Assembly: GCA_039802265.1 (NCBI GenBank)
Contig: JBDRWI010000016.1
Span: forward strand, 1 to 39,165
DNA: 39,165 nucleotides
Reading direction: 5' to 3'
Origin: a candidate division WOR-3 bacterium
GTDB lineage: Bacteria > Hydrothermota > Tepidihabitantia > SM23-42 > JAOAFX01
Numbering within the stretch: position 1 is the stretch's first letter; the number at the start of each line of letters is the position of its first letter. Below the pieces are notes generated by a model. That model saw only the letters and a list, made by a program, of their open reading frames with translations. It was not told the DNA's origin and made no database searches. Position numbers and translations under genes: made by a program. Shown in pieces: positions 1 through 8,682 of the stretch.

Positions 1-330
1 AATGATAAATCGGAGCAGATTGATGCACTCATTGATTATGTTGCGGGCGTGAATCCCGAGATTCCCTTGCATTTCTCCCGCTATTATCCAAACTACAAAT
101 ATACCAAACCACCAACGCCGACAGATATTCTCTTTGATGCCTATGAAAAGGCAAGGAAAAAATTAAAATATGTATATCTCGGAAATGTGCCGGGTGAGGA
201 TGGTTCCAATACCTATTGTCCAAAATGTGGCGCACTATTGATTGAAAGAATGTATTTCAAGGCGTTGATCAAAAATTTAAAAGGTTCTAATTGTGCAAAA
301 TGCGGAGAGAAGATAAATATTATTTTATGA
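1..330 (+). CDS. amrS: AmmeMemoRadiSam system radical SAM enzyme, C-terminal part (5' truncated by window)
   Basis: Frame is open from base 1 (NDKSEQIDALIDYVAGVNPEIPLHFSRYYP). PLHFSRYYP, YVYLGNV, TYCPKCG and CxxCG motifs match the AmrS C-terminus. Confidence 0.85.
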   Translation, partial: NDKSEQIDALIDYVAGVNPEIPLHFSRYYPNYKYTKPPTPTDILFDAYEKARKKLKYVYLGNVPGEDGSNTYCPKCGALLIERMYFKALIKNLKGSNCAKCGEKINIIL

Positions 331-341
331 AAAATTTTTAT

Positions 342-401
342 ATCTGCATATATCCGTGTCAAAATCTGCGCTCATCTGCGTGTTTTGCCATTATGGCAAA
401 A
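342..401 (+). repeat. Four ATCYGYR heptamers (10/12/10 spacing) followed by a hairpin; copy 1
   Basis: ATCTGCA 342, ATCCGTG 352, ATCTGCG 364, ATCTGCG 374; then TTTTGCCA-tta-TGGCAAAA at 383-401. Confidence 0.7.
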
Positions 402-413
402 AGGGGGTGATTG

Positions 414-677
414 ATGGCAGCGAAGAGAAAATTACCAACAATTATCTCGGGGATAATCATTGGTGGGATAATCGGCTCGGCATTATCCCATTTTCTTGGT
501 AGTCTTTTTCCACCCGGACCGGTAAAAGGATTTTTCTTTAATGCCTTAAAGATTGGTTTTTCAACCGTCCATATAAATCTTGGATTTATCGCCCTTTCCT
601 TCGGACTCTTTTTTAATATTACAATCTTAACAATTGTCTTTGTATTTCTGATGATTTACCTGTTGTATAAACTTTAA
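414..677 (+). CDS. DUF4321-like small membrane protein
   Basis: Two hydrophobic segments with GGIIGS and INLGFIALSFG patterns. RBS AGGGGGTG precedes TTG411/ATG414. Confidence 0.7.
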   Translation: MAAKRKLPTIISGIIIGGIIGSALSHFLGSLFPPGPVKGFFFNALKIGFSTVHINLGFIALSFGLFFNITILTIVFVFLMIYLLYKL

Positions 678-728
678 TATTTACTACATTTTCTATTTTG
701 TCATCAACATGGGTTTTTAAAAATTTAT

Positions 729-760
729 AAAAAGGGTGGGATGCCTGCGGGCATCCCACC
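729..760 (-). terminator. Intrinsic terminator of the protease operon
   Basis: Perfect 11-bp stem GGTGGGATGCC/GGCATCCCACC (735-760) with a 4-nt loop, followed by CTTTTT on the minus strand, 6 nt after the S8 stop. Confidence 0.85.
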
Positions 761-766
761 AAAAAT

Positions 767-3700
767 TTACTTCAATAAGATTATCTTCCGGGTATCAACA
801 AATTCTTCTGCGGTCATTCGGCAAAAATAAATCCCTGCCGCAAGTGCTTTACCCTTATCATCCCTGCCATCCCAGTGAATACTATAATATCCGGGTTCTT
901 TTTCTTCATCCACGAGTGTCCGTTCAACCTGCCCGAGACAATTATAAATTTTTATATACAGATTGGTTTTTTTGGGAATTGCATAATCAATGCGAATTAT
1001 TCCTTTTCCTGGATTAGGCATGGGTTGAGCCAGATGATAGACCATAGGTATCGAGGCTATCTCTTCAATCCCTACCGGTCGAATATCACCATTAATCAAG
1101 GTGAATGTCCGGTAGAACCAGCCACCCCAGTTGTTTGCACCATCCCTGCCCCGCACAAAGAGGGAACAGATGCGCACCGTATTTGGAGTATAGGTGAGTC
1201 TAATGTTACCTATTACCTCTTCTGCGACTTCATCCCAGGAACCATCCGAGGCCTGCATCCCTGCCTCGCCACTCGATGAATTTGGACTTTTAACAATATA
1301 ACTCGCAGCGCTAATCGTTGAAAATCCAGCATCGGAATCGCTAACCACTGCAGTAAATGTCAGGATGGTATCACTTGGCGAAACAAATTTGGGATTATTG
1401 GCAACGTTAATTGAGTTTGCGAGTATCTTCGGACCGATGTTGTCATTGCCGGGAATCGCAATTCGGAAATTGGCGGTTTGGGCAAAACCTTTTAAAGATG
1501 GATAGACATTTTTGTCATTGACCATCACCCGAACACGATATTTATTACCATTGGGCAAGGCACTTATATTCCATGAGTAAGGCGAGGTGAGATTGGTTCC
1601 GTAAGCAATTAAATTCCATATTGAACCACCGTCTGACGAATATTCAATCCAGGTGGTATCAACCTGGGTACCACCATAAGTAGTTGCACTCCAGGCAATG
1701 GTTACCGGGCTGGACGTATATACTTCACCCCCGCTGGGTGAGGATATTGTCACATCCGGGTGGTCATGTCCGATGAGCCAGATGAATTGATTATTAAGAA
1801 TAGCCGGAAGTTTTGTAGTATCCATCTGTGTGATAGAAAATCCATTATAAATTGTGCGCGTCTTATAACCACCCCAGATGCCATCACCAATTGTACCATG
1901 ATTGTTGCCCGATTCCCATTTCACGCCAACCCTGCCCCCATTTGTTGCATTCCAGCGCCAGACTACTGATGAGGCTCCGCCCGGATCCCAACCATTAGGT
2001 GGCGTGGGCACGACATCAAATGAATCACCCGCAGCACCAGTCCGATGGGGAGTATAGCTCACCGGGTTTTCAGCATACGGTCCACTTATCGGATCACCAC
2101 TCACACCATAAATATTAAAAGTCCCGGTACTTGTGAGATCTGCTTTGTATCTTGCCTGCAGGTAATTCTTGCACCAGGTGGTATCGTATGATTTATTGGA
2201 ACTATACTGCCAGGAGTGCCACAAAACTTCATGGGATGCGAATGCGATTCTTCCACCACGCTCTTCATATTTTTTGATTGTTTCCTGCTGGGCTTGTAGA
2301 AACGGTGGATATTCATCTTCAAAAACAACATATACTGCTTTGGCATTTTTCATCACTTCCCGGCTGGGTGTGTAACCATTATAATCTGAGGTTTGCCAGA
2401 AATTATAAGTCCAGCCTCCTTGTTCAACTGCTTTGTTGAATTTTTCTTTTAACTGAGGAAGTGCCATACCACCGCCTGTTCCGTCGTCTTTACCGTTGGC
2501 GAGGATAACCAAGATATCTTGGGAGATTACATTGCTACTTGATGTCTTAAATCTATAATGCTGCCCGCCATTGTTATCACGGACGATATGACCCCTGAAG
2601 TCCTTTGATTCAACATCATAATAATAAATGGTATTTGTGCTGAGCCCGGAGAGCAGGACACGATGGAATAAATGGTATAGTGTATCAATATTTACGACCA
2701 GATTGAGATTTGAAGGATTCGTCCCATAATAAACCTTTGAGGTAGAGTTTTCGTTTGTATTCCAGCAGATCTCCGCTGAATTACCTTTAATATTCTCACA
2801 ATGGACATCCGAGATCAGAAAATACCAGGCATCAACCGCCGCCCAGATTGTGGAGATATAGGTGGGATTATTATCTGTGTAAGAAACATATATCGTATCA
2901 CCCTGACAGACAGATAATTTACCATCACCATGGACTGGTCCACGGAAGAGCAGGGGCATTTCCCCCTTGAAGACATAGGAACTTTCGGCAAGTTCAACAC
3001 ACCGTAATGTCTCGGGTTGGGTTTCCAGATATTTACTCCTGAACACCACCACTACGGTATCACGGACGCCAGCGTTACCAAAATTTTTATCTTCCACCCT
3101 GACCCTGATGGTATCGACAAAAAAGTCGTTGGCGCGGTAAACAGTTTTATTTGTGGTTATAACGCCTGCTTCAGAGGTCCCGGAATATGCGATAACCAGA
3201 GCAAAGGGCTGTGGACCGCAGGGCACATTTCTCCCTTCAACCCGCACCAGCCAATTTCCTGCGGCTGGTGAATTAACCTTTACACATTCTTCAACATTGA
3301 GTGTATCCCGAACTGAAGGATTTGCCACGGATTGACCGCTTGAATATTGATTTCCCCGATAGTATGTTCCTGATGGATTCTGAACATACAAATCAAGGTC
3401 ATTTACAATCTGCTTCAAGACCGCAGGATTGCCAGGATAATCAGTCCAGACCAGAGTTATCTTTAAATTCGCTGCGCCCGAAGGGATATAAAAATAATAG
3501 TCTTTTCTTTCGCCGGTTAAAATGCCGATGGTATCATCAACAAGTAATAATTTGCGCGTATCACCAGCAAAATAGAGTGCCGAGTCAAGGTCAATTCGTC
3601 CCCAGCCGACGTTACTATCCGGCACAGTATACCCAGTGATATTCGGGTCAGCACAATTGATCAATATTGCCTTTATCACTGCGGCACTTATATATGACCA

Positions 3701-5353
3701 ACCGTTGGCTGGGATTCTTTTTCCGGACGGATACCACCCTTCTCTTAAATACTGCCTTATTAAAGCCCCCGCACCAGTTGCCCCTGGTGCCGCCATGCTT
3801 GTACCTGACATGGTTTGGTAACCTGAAGTTCCTGAACCTGCTGAATAAATACCATCAGCCGGTGCCAAAACTGTGGGTTTGATTCTTCCATCCTGAGTGG
3901 GACCACGGCTTGTTGATGAGAAATACGAACGACAGGCAGTGCTGTTTAAAGTGCCACCAACCGCTACGCAGCTTTTGGCACTGGCGGGAGAGGCTATCGT
4001 GCGTGCACCGGAACTACCTTGATTCCCCGCGGCATAAAAGAGGAGAAAATCTTTATGTGACCACATAAACTGGTCAACATTGTAAGCCATGATTGTATAA
4101 TATCCCATTGCATCTGCACCCCATGAATTTGTGCTCAAATATGCCCTTATCCCATGGCTCTGGTAATATTTATTGTATGGACGGATGTAGAGATTGTTGA
4201 GATCGGGGAATCTTTGGATAGTGTTATTTGAGTTATCACCACAATCATTGTGATAGATCCGTGCCATTTTGGCAATGCCATCATTAAAACTTGTGCCCAA
4301 TGTAGTATCGTTGCCCGCCGCAGTGCAGGCGGTATGAGTTCCATGCCAGGAAGCACCAGAACCATCACCAAACTGTATTGATGAAGGTGCCCCTGAATCA
4401 TAGGCAACAATTTTATTATGATTCGGATATACACCCCAGGTGGTTATGGCATCGCTACCCGCACGATGTTGATAATGCTCGGTGTTAATACCAGAATCAC
4501 AATGATTGATTATTTCACCCTGGCCCATTATGCCCATTGCCCAGACCCGGCGATAAGTATTATCAGAACCACTCGGAGCCGTAGAAAGCCAGCCGCATTG
4601 AATTACCCACTGGCATTGTTGATTAAATAACACTGGTTGAAGATAAGGTTCAATCCAGCAGATTTCTTTGATATGAGCGAGTTTATCCAGGTCTTTCTTC
4701 GCCACTTGGCATAAAATCATTTTATTTATTCCGTTATTAGATATCTCAAATTCACCTTTCGTGGTGATTGAATTTATCTGTTCAACGACGGAATTTATCT
4801 CAGCATCATTGAATAGCAGGATTACTACTTTGCCTTGATTACGAATGCAGTCGAAGAGTGGTGAAATTTTATATGCGGGCTGGTAAACACCCAACCAGTT
4901 CACTGAAGGGTTTGCGAGAATAACATCTTTTTGCCTTCTCTCTTTCAGGGAAATAACGAAACCGTAATTGGGGATATAAAAATGAACTTTTACACCCTGG
5001 GCTTCAAGCCAATCTTTTTCCGGACCATAAACAGGACCCGAAAATTGGACGATATAATAACCTGTTTCATCATCCCGATATTGGACTTTTAATTCTGATG
5101 GTAAGTCGGGCTCACCAGTTTTGCCCAGTAATCTGGTATCAAATGAAATGCCATTGGCAAAGGAAATCTTTGTCGCATCTCCATAGGTCTCGGGAATAAA
5201 TCGCGTCTTCCCAACATTTGAGAAGACTGGAGTAATACCTGCATGTGCCAGGTCGCATATTGCCGTAGAACTTTCATATTGCATCTCGCTTGCAAAAATT
5301 ACCCTGGCGAAGATTATCGCTAAGATTATTAAGGTCTTATTGAACTCGTGCAT
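767..5353 (-). CDS. Secreted S8 serine peptidase (Kp43-like) with FN3/Ig modules and a C-terminal FlgD-Ig/T9SS-type sorting domain
   Basis: Signal peptide; catalytic motifs HCDSG, HGTHTA, AAGN and SGTSMAAP; LKITLVWTD and NDLDL P-domain motifs; tail LAAGIYFCRM...RKIILLK; RBS AGGAGG. Confidence 0.92.
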   Translation of the reverse strand: MHEFNKTLIILAIIFARVIFASEMQYESSTAICDLAHAGITPVFSNVGKTRFIPETYGDATKISFANGISFDTRLLGKTGEPDLPSELKVQYRDDETGYYIVQFSGPVYGPEKDWLEAQGVKVHFYIPNYGFVISLKERRQKDVILANPSVNWLGVYQPAYKISPLFDCIRNQGKVVILLFNDAEINSVVEQINSITTKGEFEISNNGINKMILCQVAKKDLDKLAHIKEICWIEPYLQPVLFNQQCQWVIQCGWLSTAPSGSDNTYRRVWAMGIMGQGEIINHCDSGINTEHYQHRAGSDAITTWGVYPNHNKIVAYDSGAPSSIQFGDGSGASWHGTHTACTAAGNDTTLGTSFNDGIAKMARIYHNDCGDNSNNTIQRFPDLNNLYIRPYNKYYQSHGIRAYLSTNSWGADAMGYYTIMAYNVDQFMWSHKDFLLFYAAGNQGSSGARTIASPASAKSCVAVGGTLNSTACRSYFSSTSRGPTQDGRIKPTVLAPADGIYSAGSGTSGYQTMSGTSMAAPGATGAGALIRQYLREGWYPSGKRIPANGWSYISAAVIKAILINCADPNITGYTVPDSNVGWGRIDLDSALYFAGDTRKLLLVDDTIGILTGERKDYYFYIPSGAANLKITLVWTDYPGNPAVLKQIVNDLDLYVQNPSGTYYRGNQYSSGQSVANPSVRDTLNVEECVKVNSPAAGNWLVRVEGRNVPCGPQPFALVIAYSGTSEAGVITTNKTVYRANDFFVDTIRVRVEDKNFGNAGVRDTVVVVFRSKYLETQPETLRCVELAESSYVFKGEMPLLFRGPVHGDGKLSVCQGDTIYVSYTDNNPTYISTIWAAVDAWYFLISDVHCENIKGNSAEICWNTNENSTSKVYYGTNPSNLNLVVNIDTLYHLFHRVLLSGLSTNTIYYYDVESKDFRGHIVRDNNGGQHYRFKTSSSNVISQDILVILANGKDDGTGGGMALPQLKEKFNKAVEQGGWTYNFWQTSDYNGYTPSREVMKNAKAVYVVFEDEYPPFLQAQQETIKKYEERGGRIAFASHEVLWHSWQYSSNKSYDTTWCKNYLQARYKADLTSTGTFNIYGVSGDPISGPYAENPVSYTPHRTGAAGDSFDVVPTPPNGWDPGGASSVVWRWNATNGGRVGVKWESGNNHGTIGDGIWGGYKTRTIYNGFSITQMDTTKLPAILNNQFIWLIGHDHPDVTISSPSGGEVYTSSPVTIAWSATTYGGTQVDTTWIEYSSDGGSIWNLIAYGTNLTSPYSWNISALPNGNKYRVRVMVNDKNVYPSLKGFAQTANFRIAIPGNDNIGPKILANSINVANNPKFVSPSDTILTFTAVVSDSDAGFSTISAASYIVKSPNSSSGEAGMQASDGSWDEVAEEVIGNIRLTYTPNTVRICSLFVRGRDGANNWGGWFYRTFTLINGDIRPVGIEEIASIPMVYHLAQPMPNPGKGIIRIDYAIPKKTNLYIKIYNCLGQVERTLVDEEKEPGYYSIHWDGRDDKGKALAAGIYFCRMTAEEFVDTRKIILLK

Positions 5354-5376
5354 ATTAACCTCCTACAATACAAAAT

Positions 5377-8300
5377 TTATCGGATGACAATAAGTTTATA
5401 AACTTTTGATTTTTCTTGGTTGTTTGTTTCCACTTTTGCAAAATAAATACCGCTGGCAAGTTTTGGCAGAGTAAATTGGAGGATGCCACTTCCATTAACA
5501 TCATTCCATCTATCTTCGGCAATCCTTCGTCCACTTACATCGTAGATAGATACCGTAATATCGCCATTATAGTTATTATAACTGAGATTTAATTTCCCAT
5601 TGGTAACATTGGGGAAAATATTGAATTGCTGGGCAATACTAATGTCCTTTTTTGTTTCATCTACATTTACCAGCCAGTTCCAGTAGCGATTATATGCAGT
5701 ATCCACATTTGCCTGGAGGTCGGCTAAATCGGTGCCGCCAGATAATGCAAACGCCACCGAATACACCCCTCCTGGGGCAAGGGTAAATGGGCCAACCGAG
5801 TTGCATGTTGACCAGTCCTTGGGGGTGGTTCCTGATGAATTCTGGATCGTCCGATTCATAAATTTAAACTGAAAACTATCGGGTAAGCCGCCGTACGGAG
5901 CGATATAAGTTTCATTTTTGATGATGACTAAATTCCGGGCAGGTGTTGAACGGGGCGGGTCAAGCACGGCAACTCCCATATATGGAGATGAAGAATTGTA
6001 ATACATATAGGTCAAATTCCGTGAAGTCTCGGAGTTTCCATAATTACTTGAATAAGTGCCAATATCCCAGTCCACAAATAATGCTGCATACATATCGCTC
6101 AAGGTAGTGCTACCAGCATTTTTCAGGATAAATCTCATTATCACAAAATCATTGGCTGTAGAATCGTTCCAAACCCAGGAATACTGTTCACATATCAATC
6201 CTTTCTTCTGCGGATGGCCAGAATCACTATAACAGGCAGTAGCATATTCATCAAAACCCCAGGGACCCGGTTCATACATCCGACATCTTCCAGGCGGAAA
6301 ACTCATAGTCTTCCAATCTTGATCATCAATATTATTTGTCTCTACATACTGGTCAACACAGTAAGTCTTGCTATTACCTGCAGCAAATGAGCCATAACTC
6401 AGACGATTCGGTCCCATAGTCCCGGGATATTTAAACCCAACTCCCCCAACCTGTTCTGAGCTCATAAATCCGAGTGCTCCGTAGCGGGTGACAGTAAAGC
6501 GGAAATTCCCACAATCGTGCGTGACATAATCAAGTCCGGGGACTCCTACTGTAAATTTGAAACTCTGTGACCAAGAATAACCACCATCCACAGTGATATA
6601 AAGGGTAAAAGTTATTTCGGTCCCGTCCGGGGTATTTACGGCCGCGGTCATTTTGAATGGGTCGGCGCTATTATTTGCCTGCCCACCAGGAGGAATGGTT
6701 CCAAAAGACGAAAGTGAATCGCTAATCGTTACATAAGAACCATTAGCAGTCGCACGCAACTTGGCATTGACATTTCCCGCGTTTATATTACCATCGTTGA
6801 CCAAGGTTATGGTAAGTTGCGCATATTCGCCCTGTTCCCATATTCCATTGTTATTCTGGTCGGCTAAATTTTTATTCAAAATATAAACAAATGGTTCATT
6901 TCCTGGTTTGATACGCACCCGCATCTCTGGATCACCAAAAAGGGTCAATTCCAGTCCACTATAATGCCAGGGCTCCCCGCTCCAGATCAGGTTGCGGAAA
7001 TGATTTAATGATAAAGCATGGGCAGCGCCAATATTAAAAGTATCATGATGGAGCATTGAATAGAAACAGGTATCCAGTCGCTCAGAAGGTCCCAGATTAG
7101 GTGGATCTGCCCAGCCATACCTTGTATTCATTATTGTTGCCACACAACCGTAATTATTGCGGGTGATCAATGCCTCGGCAAAACAGTCGTCGAATTCGTC
7201 AAAATCTCCGGAATAACAGGCGATAGAATTTAGAACAGTGGGCATTGTATTATTAAGATAATTAATATCTGAGATTACCAAAACTGGTGAACCGGATTCA
7301 TTATAGGTGCCATTCTGGTCCCCATGGGCAGCGATATGCACTAAGTTGTAGTTTTCATTTATCGCGTTTCTTGTTGCCGGAGAATACTGGTCTTCAAGTC
7401 TTGTGATCGTCCAGTTAGTGGGAAACATACTGGCAATTTCGTTATTAACGACCCGCCCATGATATTGCGCCATTGAAAATAGCATCACCGAGGGTAATAA
7501 TAATTTTTGATAGGTTAAAGAGAATGTACTGTAGGTATACACCGAATCCTTGCGCAAGAAATAATTTATCTCGGTGGTATTATCAACCGGCGGTCTGCCC
7601 ACATATATATCACAATAACCATCAACACCATCGGTCAGTTCACCATAAAGATGGTCACCATCACCATCCCAGGTTCCATCTAAATCAGCATAATAGTAAT
7701 CCGAGGCAATATAGTAGGTTGAATCACCATAATTGTTAAGGATATCCCTTTCCGGAACGATATTATTATCACCGCCCAGTACCGCGAAGATAAGCCCTTG
7801 ATTGGTGAAATAATCTTTAAGAAAGTTTCTTATCTTTTCCGGATTGTCATATCCGGAATAATTTGTATATATCCAATCGGTTGTCACCACCTGCGCCTGA
7901 TAACCGGCAGCAATCTTCCAGTTTACAAGTTTTTGCCATGCAGATTGAAGGCTGGAATTTGTTATTATTACATAGTTACAGGCCTGTGCCGGCTCGGGTT
8001 TGGTTGGTGGGGCAAACCTCTCAACATCGGACCGATTGACCACCAAAGCCTTAACATTCTGTCCAAAGATCTTTTTTTGTTTTTCGGTGAGGGCGATTAA
8101 TTGATGCACACCTTCTTGGTATTTTATCTTTAATGTAATTTCTGTAGTCAGAATGAGTTTCTTCGCGGCTGGGATATATTTTATTGGGTTCAATAAAATT
8201 CCGGCAATTCTATATCCACTCATTAAACCTGAGGAGAAGAAAACAAAATCTTTTTCTGGATAGGGAAGCGGTGAATTGTAGACTTCAGGAATTGGCTCGA

Positions 8301-8637
8301 CAAATGGAATTTCTTTTTTCGTTGAAATCGGTCTTGGGGACTGGGTGGGACAGATATGATAGGTTCCAGGCAGTTCCTTGGTGCTTTTAGATAAGACTTC
8401 AACGCCTATTATCTCGGCATCGGCAGGTATTACAAAATGGGCGATGATAAATGGAATTAAGGGTTTTCCTACTTCGGTACCGGCGTCAGCCCCACCTTTT
8501 ATATTTATTACATCATAACCATGGTATTTGGTGAAACTGATATCCGTTGGCGAAAAGTTAAAGGTATGGTGAATCGTTCCTGATTGAAGGCAAAAAGGCA
8601 AGAAGATCACCGATAGTAAAATAGCTTGGTATTTCAT
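5377..8637 (-). CDS. C25 family (gingipain-like) cysteine peptidase with propeptide and T9SS-type sorting domain
   Basis: Propeptide GKPLIP; IRNFLK, VLGGD, ASDYYYADLDG, VGR, catalytic His (AHG) and Cys (SIACYSG), LFGDP; tail LASGIYF...KLIVIR; RBS GGGAGG. Confidence 0.92.
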   Translation of the reverse strand: MKYQAILLSVIFLPFCLQSGTIHHTFNFSPTDISFTKYHGYDVINIKGGADAGTEVGKPLIPFIIAHFVIPADAEIIGVEVLSKSTKELPGTYHICPTQSPRPISTKKEIPFVEPIPEVYNSPLPYPEKDFVFFSSGLMSGYRIAGILLNPIKYIPAAKKLILTTEITLKIKYQEGVHQLIALTEKQKKIFGQNVKALVVNRSDVERFAPPTKPEPAQACNYVIITNSSLQSAWQKLVNWKIAAGYQAQVVTTDWIYTNYSGYDNPEKIRNFLKDYFTNQGLIFAVLGGDNNIVPERDILNNYGDSTYYIASDYYYADLDGTWDGDGDHLYGELTDGVDGYCDIYVGRPPVDNTTEINYFLRKDSVYTYSTFSLTYQKLLLPSVMLFSMAQYHGRVVNNEIASMFPTNWTITRLEDQYSPATRNAINENYNLVHIAAHGDQNGTYNESGSPVLVISDINYLNNTMPTVLNSIACYSGDFDEFDDCFAEALITRNNYGCVATIMNTRYGWADPPNLGPSERLDTCFYSMLHHDTFNIGAAHALSLNHFRNLIWSGEPWHYSGLELTLFGDPEMRVRIKPGNEPFVYILNKNLADQNNNGIWEQGEYAQLTITLVNDGNINAGNVNAKLRATANGSYVTISDSLSSFGTIPPGGQANNSADPFKMTAAVNTPDGTEITFTLYITVDGGYSWSQSFKFTVGVPGLDYVTHDCGNFRFTVTRYGALGFMSSEQVGGVGFKYPGTMGPNRLSYGSFAAGNSKTYCVDQYVETNNIDDQDWKTMSFPPGRCRMYEPGPWGFDEYATACYSDSGHPQKKGLICEQYSWVWNDSTANDFVIMRFILKNAGSTTLSDMYAALFVDWDIGTYSSNYGNSETSRNLTYMYYNSSSPYMGVAVLDPPRSTPARNLVIIKNETYIAPYGGLPDSFQFKFMNRTIQNSSGTTPKDWSTCNSVGPFTLAPGGVYSVAFALSGGTDLADLQANVDTAYNRYWNWLVNVDETKKDISIAQQFNIFPNVTNGKLNLSYNNYNGDITVSIYDVSGRRIAEDRWNDVNGSGILQFTLPKLASGIYFAKVETNNQEKSKVYKLIVIR

Positions 8638-8682
8638 TTTACCCTCCCATTTTATTTATTTTTCTCAAATCGTTTGTACATA

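Noticed and set aside
342..380. CRISPR array or plasmid iterons
   Set aside because: Units are 7 bp with 3-5 bp spacers, and there are no cas or rep genes nearby.
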